Source: Lytechinus pictus (lineage: Eukaryota). Taken from it: a stretch of DNA of 64,000 bases. Shown piece after piece: positions 1 to 13,841 of the stretch; positions within the stretch are counted from its first letter, which is position 1, and each line of letters begins with the position of its first letter. The stretch is from NCBI RefSeq assembly GCF_037042905.1, contig NC_087250.1, positions 15,874,001 to 15,938,000 of the forward strand. The letters are read 5' to 3'. The translations under genes and the position numbers were made by a program. The notes below the pieces were generated by a model. That model saw nothing but the letters and a program-made list of their open reading frames with translations, was not told where the DNA came from and made no database searches.

Positions 1-361
1 TTAGTCCGAAAACGAAATGATTAACGAACCTTATTTCGTTTTCGGATTAACGAACCTTCGGAACAACGAACCTTATTTCGTTTTCGGATTAACGAACCTT
101 CAGAATTACGAACCTCACTTCGTTTTCGGACTAACGAACCTTCGGAATTACGAACCTTCGGAAATATGAACCTTCGGAATAACGAACCTTCGGAATAACG
201 AACCTTCGGAATAACACCACAAATGTTCGGATTAACGAACCCTTTTACGTTTTCGGATTAACGAACATCGAGGTATAGGCAATTTACGGGTTTAGGAATT
301 ACGAACCTTCGGAATAAAGAACCTTCGGAATTACGAACCTTCGGAATTACGAAGTGTAACC
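1..361. mobile_element. Right arm of a foldback-type non-autonomous element built from ~15-16 bp AACGAACCTTCGGAAT subrepeats
   Basis: Collinear with 53717-54030; ends GAAGTGTAACC; abuts the LINE. Confidence 0.75.
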
Positions 362-2683
362 ATAAAAATCAAAGGTAAATTGGGATAATTTAAAACAAGA
401 GCTCGAAGAAATCAACTGGGATAATGTATTATTGTCCACTGATTGTCAAATTGCTTGTGATAACTTTTATCAAACCATTTTGAAATTAATAGACAAATAT
501 GCACCAGCTAAGAAACATCGAATCAAGAATAAAGTATCCCCCTGGATGACACCTGAATTGTTGAATTTAATAAGAGACAGAAATGAATTAAAACTAAAAG
601 CAAGGAAATCTCGGAATCATGAAGATTGGTCTGCGTATAAAGCACTCAGGAACAAAATAACAATGCATATTCGTCAACGCAAACGCGAATATATTGCATC
701 ATCCATTGATGAAAATAAGGGAGATCAGAGTTCAATGTGGGCTTCCCTTAAGTTTCTATTACCAAGTAAACACACAAACACTATTATAAACTCAGTTAAA
801 GTAAATAATAGTAATTATATAACAAATCCTAAAGAAATTGTAAACGCGTTTAATAATCAACGCAGGTAAGGAAGTACAGCATGAGATACCACATACTGAG
901 AAGTCTGCATTAGATTATTTGACAGGAATAAACACTTCTTTTGAATTTCATGAAGTAACAACCCAGAAGGTAAAAGATCTATTTAAAAAATTGCCGAAGG
1001 GAAAGGGATGTGGACCAGATAACATTACTGCTGAATTTATTCATGAAGTACTTCCTTACATAGTCTCACCAATGCACCATGTTGTAAATCTTTCTTTAAA
1101 AACTGGAAATGTGCCACAGCAATGGAAAGTTTCAAAAGTGACGCCTATCTTTAAAAAGGGAAATAAGGAAGAGATGGCAAATTATAGACCGATTTCTCTT
1201 ATGTCTGTGTTAGCAAAGGTTATCGAAAAAATAGCTTTTGAACAAATGTATAAATATGTAACTAGTAATAATATCTTAGTTGAGAATCAATCGGGTTTTC
1301 GGCCCCAAAATTCTACCCACACGACAGTCTTAAACCTCACAGAAGATGTTTTAAAGAATATTGATGAGGGATTACTTACTGGATTGATTATGTTAGACTT
1401 GAAAAAGGCGTTTGACAGTATTGTGCATAAGATTCTCCTTGATAAATTACACTATATTGGTATACGAGGTGTCAACCTCAATTGGTTTAAGTCATATTTA
1501 TCCTCCCGATCTCAATACGTTTATATGAATGGTGTCAACTCAGATTATGCTACCGTTGAATGTGGCATACCCCAAGGTTCAGTGCTTGGACCATTGCTAT
1601 TCTCTCTCTACATAAATGACATTGGTAAAGTAATTAAAAATTCTAAATTATCTCTTTATGCTGATGATACATGCAATTATTTCAGTTCCAAAAATGCTAC
1701 TGATATAAAATCTGAATTGGAGAGTGATCTCCAAGCAGTATCAGAGTGGCTTGCATGTAACAAATTAAAGTTGAATATAGCTAAATGCGAATTTGTTCTT
1801 ATTGGTACCCGAAATCGTATACACAAAGTTGATAATGATATAACTGTATCCTTGAATGGCGAATTGCTAAAAAGAGTTACTAAAACAAAATATCTTGGAG
1901 TTGTAATAGATGAATTCCTAGATTGGGGAGCTCATATCAGTCATATGAAATCCAAGATAGCTAAATGTATGTATCTTTTGAAAAGAATTAGACCTTATAT
2001 ATCGCAAAATGACAAAGTCACTGAAAGACTTAGAATGAGAAAGATAATGCTAATTCACAAAATTTTGTATGGAGCTGTTCCAGAATATATAAGTAGACGA
2101 TTTAACTATCAAATATATTACTATAGAACCCGCAAATCGGCTTATAGTCTTTGCATCCCCAAAGTAAAAACAAATTATGGGAAAAGGCGATTAGAATATA
2201 GAGGTGCAATTGCCTGGAATAATCTTACAAATGACTTGAAAGGAATAAGGTCCACCTTCAGCTTCAGATCACAACTAAGACTCCATTTAAATGAAGCTAC
2301 CATTACGAATGTGCTTTGATTAAAGCTTTAATCAGACATATTGATGAGATTTATATAATGATTTCACTTGGAAAGGGCGGGGAAACACAAGGGGAATAAG
2401 GAATACCGATATGTATATTTTTAGTTGTATACCTAAGTCCAAGATAACTGAATTTTGATAATTCATATCCAACTTGCACTCTGTAATGTTAATCTATCCA
2501 CTTTAGTTGTTTGTATCTGTGTATTATTGTTATTTTTTAATGAATTAGTTTGTTTGCTTAAAAAACTATGATCATTTTGTGTGTTGAATATTGTATATTG
2601 TATCACGGCCCCTTTGTAAAACAGCTATGCTGAATGGGCTTTTAACCGTGGTGAAATAAATAAATGAAATGTAATTAAATGAA
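362..2683 (+). mobile_element. CR1/L2-group LINE, decayed ORF2 (reverse transcriptase) with 3' UTR
   Basis: YRPISL, QSGFRP, DLKKAFD, GIPQGSVLGPLLF and YADD in ORF 919-2319; frameshift near 860; AATAAA/TGAAA-type tail at ~2656-2683. Confidence 0.93.
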
Positions 2684-3059
2684 GGGTTATTGATAAGGGA
2701 AGAGAGGGGCTGTTTTGGAGACCAACGTAGAGTTATAAGATAACAATCAATCGATTTTATTTTCAATTCATTAGGAATAATAAAAATGGATCGAAGAGAA
2801 TCAATAAACAACTTATGTAGGATTATGATATTGGCATCTTGATTCATTCACTTCAGCTATATGCCTATACAGATGCCAATGAAGTTATGAGCTGCAGTAA
2901 ACTTATCTCGTCACGTTTTATATGGCGACAGGGTGACACAACGTACCTCACTATCTCGACAAGTCGATGTCATTTTAAAGCTTCGGTAGAGATTAATATA
3001 TTCTAAAAGTTGAGTGAAATTATCTTCTCATTTTCAATGGAGAATAACCCTCAATTCTC

Positions 3060-3397
3060 TTCACCGCCCCCCCCCCCCCTTCGCTCTCTCTCTCTCTCTC
3101 CCCCTCCGTCTACCCCTCCATACGATCATTTCACTCTTCCTCGCTCACTCCCTTTCATACACACGCACTCCCTCACCCACAGGCCACTATCCATACATCT
3201 CTCTCTATCCCACACACACATCCTTATACACGCCTCTCTCATCCGCACAATTAAACACACTCCCTCACCCATCTCTTGCTCTCCCCCCCCCCCCCTCTCT
3301 CTCACACACATACTCCCTTACCCACATTCCCATATGATCTCTCTCTCTATCACTGTCTCTTTCACTCACACGCACTCTCTCACAACCTATACATACG

Positions 3398-3431
<34 letters not shown>

Positions 3432-3560
3432 TCTCTTCTCACACACACACACCCACCCTTCCGTACACCTCTTTTTCGCACACACACACTCTCTCACACT
3501 ACCTCACCCACCTTTCCATACATCTTTCTTTCTCACTCCCTCTCTCTCTCTCTCACATCA
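3060..3560. repeat. Compound (CT)n/(CA)n low-complexity tract
   Basis: Direct reading. Confidence 0.9.
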
Positions 3561-5178
3561 TTTTCATATCTGCTACCATGATCAGAAATATTATTGTCTA
3601 ATCAGTTCAGATTCAATGGGTATGATGATTGAAACGTTGATTGATTTGATATAAGTATCGATTTTTCGATAGCTAGGAGAGATATCTTAATAGATATCAA
3701 ATGCAATCGATTTTAGGTCCGTGATCCTGACCTCATTCATTGCTATACAATTGTTTCTCTGGCTTTGATCGTCCAGTCTCTTTTTCTCAGTGTTTGGCTT
3801 TCGGTTTTCTCTTTTTTCAATTCAATTCTTTTCTTTAATTCAACTCTTTCCTTTTCCATACGCAATATGCTTCATAGCTGAGACCTCTTTGTGTGACTTG
3901 CCCTGCATCTGGTCAGTGATTTAAAATATGTTTGCATCAATCTGATTTCCACCTTATCGTTTCTTCTATTTTTGTTTCCTGTATACGCATTTATGATTAA
4001 GTCGACAATTCACTATTTTTTTTTTCATTTCCAAGACGGATCCACACTTCACAAGCATTGCTTTTAGTAGACCCTCTCATTTCCATTTATGCTCAATTTT
4101 ATAAAACTGTTTTTTACGAGATAAGAATTTTCATCTGTGAAATTGTATCAGATTTATATTACTTTGTATTATGTTTGAATGGAAATGTAATGAAGAATTT
4201 ATTTGCATTATTTTCTCTTTTGATATGTATTTCTCCTTAATCATACATCAAAATGAATGAAAAATGAAATTGACGTTATTGATTCCAACGTATATAATAG
4301 TCGCTAATAATAGTTGTAAATATTATCTTAAGAATATAAAAGGCAAATTACGAAACTTATAAAATGACTGCTGCAGTATATCATAGAAGCTGCAGCGGCT
4401 TTATCCAGAGTAGAAATTGTACTAGTACTAGAAACCGTGGAAGTAATACCGTAAAATTGCGGTTTAAATTTGTTAGCACGGCACGTTGTTTAAACCTGTC
4501 ACTCTTTCAACTGTTGCTTAAACTTTTAAACCTGTCCAGTTTTTGTTTACTTTTTGTTCAAACCTTTGAAATTCGGGACATTTCGAGCACTGTTTGAATC
4601 ACTGAGGAACAGGGTATGTATATTACTAAACGAATAATGCGAGCGCGAAGCGCGAGCTGGACTTTTTTTCTGACCTGCAACATTTCATAAATTGATATAT
4701 GAATCAATGAATAAACATATAAATAAATAAATGAATAAATAAATAGATAGATAAATAAATAATTGAAATAATCTTACCTTCGATCTTAGGTAAAAGTTTC
4801 GTATTCCGACCCCTTTCAGTAGTAGATTAAATGGTGCTTAGGATCCGTCTGAACTTAGGCAAACATTCTGAATCATATATGGCATAATGCTTTAGGAAAA
4901 GGGTGAAAAATCTCACCTTTAATCGGTGGAAAGTCCAGGATTCCGACCCCTTGTCAAAACTAGATTAAATCCATCCATCCAGTTTATCATCAATGGTCAT
5001 CAGATATGTGGTACATGTGTACCTGAAGCGTGAAACAACTTGAATGAATGAACAGGCATGAGGGGGATAGATATCATCAAAATCTTTGTCAAAACGTCAG
5101 ATAATAATCAATAAACGTGATACTGTGAATCTAATATAAATTGGGAGTCAACAACAACGAATAAAATGCATTGCTAAT

Positions 5179-5315
5179 CAGTGGCGTACCTAGGATTTTC
5201 CACAGGGGGGAGGGGGCAAAATCGGCCGCCAAAAAATTTGACAAGCAAAAAAAAAAAAAAAAAAGGTCTTCAATTTAAAAAATATAGGTTTTCGTACCAG
5301 AAAATAGTTGACAAG

Positions 5316-5354
<39 letters not shown>

Positions 5355-5516
5355 TCTTCAAGCTCATCAGGGGGCAGTAAAGGTCTTCAAGCTCGTCAGG
5401 GGGGGGCAAAAAAGGTCTTTTAAGCTTGTCAGGGGGGGCAGGTATATGTCTTTTGTATGGGTTGTTGCTCGTCAGGGGGGGGCAGAGTGCCCCCCCGCCC
5501 CGTAGGTACGCTAGTG
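5179..5516 (+). mobile_element. hAT-like MITE
   Basis: TIR CAGTGGCGTACCTA / TAGGTACGCTAGTG; exact 8-bp TSD TTGCTAAT at 5171-5178 and 5517-5524. Confidence 0.9.
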
Positions 5517-6849
5517 TTGCTAATGGCTCTTCGATCACTTCGCTTGTCTTTTGATTAATATCATCAACTGTGAACTTAACTCATACCAAGCCACATACAA
5601 ACCTTCGTGCACCTGTACTCGTACTTTTTATTCAATCATAATAAATAATTTGATCTTAAATGCTTCCAGAACAGGCGTTGCAAAGCATGACACTCATCCT
5701 GTTTCCTTGTATTGTGTCGGTGGATACAGTTAAAATAATTCAATTTAATTCAATTCAAAATGGTTTATTAAAAATACTTTCTTTGCGGTAAAAGCCGAAT
5801 TGCAACAGTTTACATTTCAAACAGAATCATCAATAACAAGGTAAAAATAACTTAGTACTACGAACAAATTTCAATATAGACATATTTGTAACAAAGTATA
5901 TCATAAATAAATTTAAATCGATACTCATTGAATAAATAGGAAAATATGAAAAATACATGTAAATATACCAAATGTGTTACCATGCTCATTTTAGATTTTC
6001 TCATTTGTAAGAAATATGTCAATTTATACCTGATATTAGATTGTAAAAAATAATACAAGAACATGGGTTTCAGTGAGTGTGTTTGTAAAGAGAGACAGAT
6101 AGAGCTGATAGATGGAAAGTGAGATGTAGAAGAAAAAGAGAAAAGCAAGAAAAGGCATGGAGAGTGAGATAGAAGAAAAAAGCGAAAGAGAATAGGGAGA
6201 AGGAGAGAGAGAGGGGGATCACAACCGGATATGCTGAACAATGTCCTAATAATTTGTGTGACAAATGGCAAGGCATGATAACTTAGAATTATAAAAATTA
6301 CATGCATAATGTTCACATTTATTTGATAAGAATAAACTTATCCGAACTGAGATGAGTGGATACAGGAAATGAATTGGAAAGCAGATAGGAATAGAAATAG
6401 TGGAAGAGAGAAGAGAGGCAAAGAGAGAGAGAGAGAGAGAAGAAAATAAATTGATGGTGGAAGGGAAACAGAGAGAAAAGGGCAAAGAAGCAATTAGGTC
6501 AAAAATTTTCATGCATACTGCAATATTACATATTTTGGCAATTGTGATTTCAATTAAAATTTTAAGTTTATGGCTAGATATCAGTGAATAATTGCTCATA
6601 TGAAAGAAAAACATTTTGATTAACAAAGTAAAATCAAATGAAATTCGAATTCGCCAACATAAAAAGAACTCAACATCAGAACTATTATGTAATCTGCATT
6701 TTACAAAAAACAACAACAACCTTTTAATGATATCACATTTAAAGAGTCCAATGAATGATGAGTTCTTGAATTCTCAGCCATCCTCATTTTTATGTTATTA
6801 TTCATATAACGATAGGGGAAGATATTTAAGAAAACTACTCCTTGTAATC

Positions 6850-7075
6850 AATTCTTTTAGAGTTATGGTGCCGAATCAACGAGGGCAAGGGGCTATTTCT
6901 ATATCGTGAAGTTCGACATCGCATCTTTACTATTCCGGTCGAGCTTCTAGTCTGATATTGACAAGTCCTATTTTGAGGTAGAAGATGATACAGTTTAGGC
7001 GTGGGGATTTGCATAGACTTCGCAAACGCAAGACAGAGTTTGACCCGTCTATCTTCAAGGGACATCAGTTTTGAC
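6850..7075 (-). mobile_element. LINE ORF2 C-terminal fragment (CR1/L2 group)
   Basis: LEDRRVKLC..FAKS...RCRTSRYRNSPLP resembles a LINE RT C-terminus. Confidence 0.7.
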
Positions 7076-7168
7076 TGGAATAAAGTAATTCACACTGGAC
7101 AAGGCATTTTCATATTATTTTATAAATTAAACATACACACACACGCACCCTCACAGGCAACCCTCCCC

Positions 7169-7230
<62 letters not shown>

Positions 7231-7495
7231 ATATATTAACGTGGCGTGAATTTAAAATGCATTGAGACTTTACACATGGTAGATGATGACACTTACATAT
7301 AACAATAAATATTATTATTGAGTATATTAAACCAAACAAAATCATCCTTATTTAGAGGGTCACTATTCAAGAATGACAAAATATTAATGTTCATATTTCA
7401 TATTTACCACAATATGAGAGAAGCTCGTCAACTTTTCATTGGTACGTTGACAGCATGTACAACCCGACTACTAACACAGGAAGCCCCCCCCCCCC

Positions 7496-7528
<33 letters not shown>

Positions 7529-8074
7529 GATGAATAAAAAGTTCAACTTGTATCTCAAGTAAGTGATTTCTTTTTGACTGGACATAAACACTGAACAGTT
7601 TGCATTCCCCCTTTTTCCGAAAATTGTGAAGAAAAAAAAAATTAAAATTAATACATACTGTATTTACCTTTTGCCTTTTGGATTAGTAGTGAATTAGTCG
7701 CCCATGTGAGCTGTTTCAGCGATACGTGTAAAGATACAATACAACAACCAGAAGTTTAAAATTGCGATATTCAATGATCTTGCACCTTTCTGCCTTGGAT
7801 AACTTTACTGATGATACTGACGTTCGTCAGAGCTTCGACACGGTTTCGCATTTACGACTCTTTTTTCGCGTCGGAGATAACTTTAAGGTAATCGCAGACA
7901 ATGTGTTTGCCTTGACATCAGCACGCTTTGCGATTTTATGACTTTCGTTCTCTGCGATGATAATTGCTGTCTGTGTCTTAAAGAATCAATTCGCATTTCC
8001 TACTAGATGGAGAATGGCGCCTCGCCCCAGTAGCAATGCAGTTTCTCGTTATCAAAACTCTCCCTATTGGCCTA

Positions 8075-8423
8075 CACTGTTAAACCGATGTAATGTTCAC
8101 ATATATTTGATTAAAAGTTTAAAAGTCATGTTCAATATTTGAGAATGAAATATTATACTTTATTGTTAATAACTGAAACACTTGTCTAAACAATTTAAAC
8201 TATTTAACAACTGCTGTAGGGTTGATATAGTAAACAGGTTGCATTGTATAAAATTCGAACATCGGTTTAAACAAGTTTAACAAGATTAAACAGTTTAAAC
8301 AGGTGTTTAAAATCTCAAACAGCAAAGTTTGATATTTAAATCTAAAAAAATTAAACATGGTTGTCTAAACTATTAGTAAACTAAACAGCGTTGTATATGA
8401 TTTTAAACAGTTTTTTTACTGTG
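8075..8423. mobile_element. CACTG-ended (EnSpm-like) MITE with TTTAAAC subrepeats
   Basis: TA|CACTGT ... ACTGTG|TA, degenerate right end. Confidence 0.55.
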
Positions 8424-9092
8424 TATAGGCTTCAGTCTGTGGCGAAATAATGAGCCAACAATAAGCCTGTTCACGGTTGTAAACTGCACACGAGCAGAAA
8501 AAGGTCATTGGAGACAACCATGAAGGTGGCTTTCAAATTCACTGACATAGGCATTTGTGATTTGATGATTATTCATGTTTCCTTTCAAAATATTTATCAA
8601 TTCCAAGCTGAAGAGTAATGAATAGAGCCTTCATAATCACTGGTATTTGACAGTAGCCTAAACAATAGTCAAATGTGCCAAAGGCAGACAATAAAACAGA
8701 TTTCCAAACTTTATCCCTGATGTACTATTCTAGTCACCTGGTCTATACAATGCATTTTGTTCTTAGAATTTGAATACTCTACCGGTAAAGCTTACGCAAC
8801 ATCTAGATTTGAAAATGATACTTGATAGTGCTTATCCTAATGAAAAATCACAAAGGTCATTTGAGAAAAGTTGATCATGAGCTAACCGTGAACTGGCTTA
8901 TTCTTGAGGGGCACACAACAGGGAGTAGATTTTTATTTTTTATTTTTTTATTTGCGGAGAGCAAATATTTTGGCATTTGTTAAGTAATAATAACTAGCTT
9001 TATATTAGTTTTCAAATCATTCTTGAAGAAATATTGTTTCGTATTTCACTTTTTTTCTAAAATCAGGCAATTATGTATATATGTATATATAT

Positions 9093-10571
9093 CACTGGCG
9101 TAAATCCGTGTTGATGGGTGGGGGGGATGACTGAAATATTTTGGCATTTTTTGCAATCATGTTTTTAGATATGCAAGGAATTGTCATTGATATATCCACA
9201 GTGGCGTACCGTGGGTCACGGCATTGGGGGGGGGGGGGGGCACCAGCAAAATTTTTGAATGACTGAGTGAGTGACCTAATAGAGACATTTTAAGGACAAT
9301 GTCATTAAACGGATATGTATCTCACTGATCAAATAAAGCGAGCGCGAAGCGCGAGCTGAAATTTTTTTATATTCACACCTAAAAAGGGACATTATAATCA
9401 AATTTGTGTAATCATGATAGGTACCTGTCTCGCTTAACAATGCGAGCGCGAAGTGCAAGCTGAAAACTTAAATAATTCAGACCTGAAGTGGGGCATTCTA
9501 AGGTTTCTTTGTAGGAATTAACTAGGAGCATACGTATTTCATTAACCAAATGATGCGAGCGCGAAGCGCGAGCTGAAATTTTTTGATATTCAGATCAGAA
9601 GAAGGGACATTTTAAGGACTGATTTTAGGAAATCATGAAGAGCAGACATATCTCACCAATCCACTAATGCGAACGTAATCACGGAGAGGAAATGTTTCAT
9701 ATATACGAAGACCTTAACATGGTGCAATCACTTTTGAGTCATGAAAAAGAAGCATATGTCACTACATAAAACAATGATAACTCAAGTGCTAGGAAATATA
9801 TTTGGTTCATATCGACTTGAAAAGGGGGTGTTTTAGTACAACAGGATTATATATATCTCGTTAAACAGACAATGCGAGCACCAGGAACAATGAAGACGTA
9901 GGCCCTGGGCAAATTATGTTTCATAAAGTTATGATAAAAATCTTTCTTATGTAATGTAACTTAACATAATTATAATATAATATAACATTATAATGAATAA
10001 TATTTTCTTCTTTCCCACTACGTTTCTCTTCCTTTCTCCCTCTTTTCTCCTCCCCCCCCCCCTTTCCCCGTTTTTTTTTTTTTTGGTCAACCGATGGGGG
10101 GGGGGGGTGTGCCCCCCATGTCCCCCGTAGTTACGCCACTGTATGTACATATGGAAAATACCCCTCCAATATTATTATCTTTTTTACCCAATGATGGTTT
10201 AATGGTTTTATTAGCGATTACATTCAACATTTTTTGACATTCCATCTTAATCCCTTCCCAAAGACCCCAACATTGATGAATTGGAAGAAACGGGGGTTTC
10301 TCTTCGGTGTTATAATAAGGACATAAGTATTTCGTTTGGAAATGGTGAACTGGCTCTTTATTTGCATTTTATGATTCAATAATATTATTTTATTTGTCAA
10401 GCGGTATTTTTGGAAGAATTTTCACCAATAAAACAATTATCTCTTGTGATTTTTTTGTCATTTCTTTCGTAAAAAGTGGGGGGGGGGGATGTTTGTACAG
10501 GCCATCCCCCCCTCCTCGAAAATTGGGGGGATATATCCCCCCATCCCCCCCCCCCGGGATTTACGCCAGTG
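9093..10571. mobile_element. hAT-like element carrying a nested hAT-like element (9199-10141)
   Basis: Outer TIR CACTGGCGTAAATCC / GGATTTACGCCAGTG with ATATATAT flanks; inner TIR CAGTGGCGTA / TACGCCACTG with degenerate TSD TATATCCA/TATGTACA. Confidence 0.82.
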
Positions 10572-10647
10572 ATATATATATATATATATATATAGTGTGA
10601 TGATAAGTTTACTTCTACCAATCGCTGTTGAGTTGTGAATATTAAAC

Positions 10648-10857
10648 ATAATGAGATGAGGCGAAGCCAACTCAATAGATGACGCAGGACACCATTATTT
10701 GCTTTAGCTTTCGTCTTTTAATTGAGACTTCGTCAGAAGCGTCTGAAAAATATAAGGAGATACAACATCCAAGTTTGTTTTGCACATCAATGAATTATCA
10801 CCAATATATTCAACTTGGTGTCCTGCGTCGTCTATTGAGTTGGCCTCGCCTCATCTC

Positions 10858-10862
<5 letters not shown>
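10648..10862 (-). mobile_element. Penelope-like pseudo-LTR remnant with inverted terminal duplication, between (TA)n tracts
   Basis: 47-bp inverted repeat (10648-10694 vs 10816-10862) enclosing the hammerhead; (TA)n on both sides. Confidence 0.65.
10701..10740 (-). ncRNA. Minimal type I hammerhead ribozyme motif
   Basis: Minus strand reads GCUU-CUGACGA-A-GUCU(CAAUUAAA)AGAC-GAAA-GC-UA-AAGC: both core boxes, helix I GCUU/AAGC, helix II GUCU/AGAC, palindromic AGCU in place of helix III. Confidence 0.78.
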
Positions 10863-10934
<72 letters not shown>

Positions 10935-13399
10935 TTATGTTTTATTGATTTTCATGATTACAAAGAAAACAGATCACCTAATTATATATTTACTTTCCTC
11001 CTCATACTCTAGAGCGGGCGCTGATTTTTTTTCTTTTCAAAATTTTTTCTCCAAGGTATTTTTACAGTAAAACGGATGAGAAGTTTAAATAACAATAAAA
11101 CAATAGATATTTTATTATTATCTGCAAATTCAGCTTTCAGCTATCGTCAACAGGTATATGATAAAAACAGTTCTGGCTTGTCTAAACCATAGGCTGGTCA
11201 AGATGTTGTTAGAGTGAGAGGAAGGGGGGAGGGCAAAATTACGAAATTCACTGTCTATTTGTTTCATGAAATGCTGCCCGGGATTTTAACTGAGTCTGCA
11301 TTATTTTTCCAAGGCCAAAGGAACGGGCCTGGGAAGCGGGGGTGCCGGGGATGCATCCCAAAGATTTTTCTTGGGGGTGCTGCGAGTATTCTCCATATGG
11401 AGCACCACACTCTAAAAAACGAAGAGCTACGAAGAGCTAATTTAGCTCTTAAAGTGAGCGTGTATAGTGACTGCACCTCGGAGTGCTGATTCGTCTTTTT
11501 AAGTTCAAATTTGAACGAGAAAAATCAGCACTCCGAGACAGTGCAGCTGGAATTCTGGTAGGTGTTTAAAAATGAAGAAATGTACCGAAACGACGAATAT
11601 TTTGTGGTGAAATCCCTTTTTCCGGGGGTGTCAAATTTACATCAGCACCAACAGTCAGGGCCCTGGCCCAAGGCCAGGAAATTGGGGCAAGGCGGGGTTC
11701 ATCGTGCGCAAGGTGAACTAAAACTCACATTGCTCTTTCCTCAAAGAGAAAATGATTTCCGCATTAAGGTTCTACCAATTACACGTCAAGCACAAAATAC
11801 CCCGCTTTCTTCCTCTCCCTGTTATTTAACTTCCAAATGGAGCTCACTTCATAATTCCTAGAGACTGATGCACACATGCCAGCCACATTGTCATGATTGT
11901 GGCCCATCTTTTTTAACGTAAGATGGAAATGCGATATACTAAATTATCGTGAACCGGTAAACTTATTATATTTGTTAGGGGATAATAATTGGTAGAGGCA
12001 TATTGGTCAACAGAAGTTGAATTTGTATTTTCAAAACGTAACAGTTTTTACTTTAAACCAATTCAAGGTTTTAATAAAGGTCAACAATGTAAATTATACA
12101 CGAGTCACATCCATCATAGGCATAGCAATCTTACACAAAATGTAGTTGTAGGCCTAATTGTTTTTAGCCGTTTGTCAGCTGTGGAAACTTTGAATTTATC
12201 TATCGTTTTTATTTCAGATGCCTCTAAAAATGTATGAAGAAAAAAAAAATCAAAACTGCAAAATAATTTCACATTGATTTAAGTGAATATTTGTCCTCCC
12301 ATTCAGAATTGAACAGTTATGATGAAATTCCCTTTCAAAAGAAAAAAAATTCACAAGACGAACTATTTTGTGTTCCCTGCCATTATTTCCTTGTTCTCTT
12401 CAAGTTCGTGGTTGTGTTTTTTTTTTCTAGGAATTTCATCATTGTGTTAAAGTGAAAGGATATGGCTTTATTATTCGTGGAAATAAGACAATATAAATCT
12501 AACTGACAAACTTTTCTTGCAGGTTCGTTTCATTACTTTCTCTAGCAGTCATTCACCTATAGATTTCCCACGTTTCTTACCCCCCCCCCCCATATAATAA
12601 GGAAGGAATGCTACCGGGACAGAAACGGAATCTCTTGACTCTGGATTACAACATTATTTGCAATCGTTCCTCCGGTGCAAATCTTCGGATGATCTGCAGT
12701 CCCAGTAGTCCACCAACTTTCGACGATAGCCTCTCAGCTCTCCATTGTCATGATTTGCATTTTCAAAGGAATCGATGGGTTTTAGAGAGTTTCCCCGTAG
12801 TCAAATGCGAAAACTCTCTAGTGTTTTGTGGTCTACAAATGTATACCCACATCTGCAGTGTGTGTACCACAGCTGATTCAAGGAGTCTGCATAGCAGACT
12901 AGGTCTAATGTGGCTCGCTTCGCTCGCCCTTTCGGCAATGTTCGGGCTGTTCGCAACAGCGCGCTTTGCGCGCTGAAATCGCTCACGTCATACCTCACGA
13001 GCCATTGGCTGCATATAACAGACTAAGTGTTTTGTTAGTTAGTTTTTTTCTTGGGGGGGGGGTAGAAATATTGGGTCATAGCCGCGGTTGCACGACAGTT
13101 TGCTCCTGTGACACTTGCTCCGGTCTTAATATATCAGAGGGCATAGGGTAATTAGAGTTGGGAATGTAACAGAGTTTTCGATTCAGAGTAATGCCAAAAT
13201 AATTATTAGGGTTTATTTACTTTTGGAGGTTAGAATCTATGGTTGGCTTAACCTGCATATTTTCTGTCGGAGCAATTGTCATAGAACCCCTAGCCGCTAA
13301 GCCGAACATACTCATATACTCCCTTATACTGCAGCTATTTATGTGATGCCCCCAACCCCTCGGAAGGAGATGTGCACCTAGCCTGCCACTGCCTTTTTT

Positions 13400-13756
13400 A
13401 TTTGGTCCAATGCTAATTCGTCCAATTGCCAACTCGTCCACCATATCAGTTCGTCCAATAACCACATGGTCTAATTGCGATTTCGTCCACTCACCATTTC
13501 GTCTAATAACCAGTTGGTCAAATAGCCATTAGAAATGTTAATTTGGCAAAATGAATGAAAATAAAATATTAAACCAACTGGTTATGAGACGAAATGGTCA
13601 TAGACGAACTGATAGGGATTAGACGAAGTGATGATTGGACCAAATGGTTGGTATACGTAATGTTGATGGACGGAATGGCATTAGACTAAATGAAGGTAGA
13701 CCATGTGGTGAGTGGACAAGTTGGCAGGGCTAGTGGACGAATCGGCAAATTGCCCC
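13400..13756. mobile_element. Palindromic MITE with TCGTCCA / TGGACGA subrepeats
   Basis: Left half repeats ttcgtcca, right half tggacgaa; aattgccaactcgtccac is inverted to gtggacgaatcggcaaatt. Confidence 0.65.
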
Positions 13757-13829
13757 CACTGACTCCAAGTAGGAGAATCGAAACGCCCAGGTAAGGTTTT
13801 TAGGCCAAATGTTTTTTCGATCACTTTTC

Positions 13830-13841
13830 GGGGATTTCCCC
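13830..13841. promoter_or_regulatory. Consensus NF-kB site GGGGATTTCCCC, ~2.3 kb upstream of the C3 ATG
   Basis: Exact match to GGGRNWYYCC; function not shown. Confidence 0.4.

Noticed and set aside
1..361. Regular short repeats resembling a CRISPR array (also 53490-54030, 16209-16635)
   Set aside because: No unique spacers, units are degenerate and inverted about a centre, no cas genes, and the context is a spliced eukaryotic gene.
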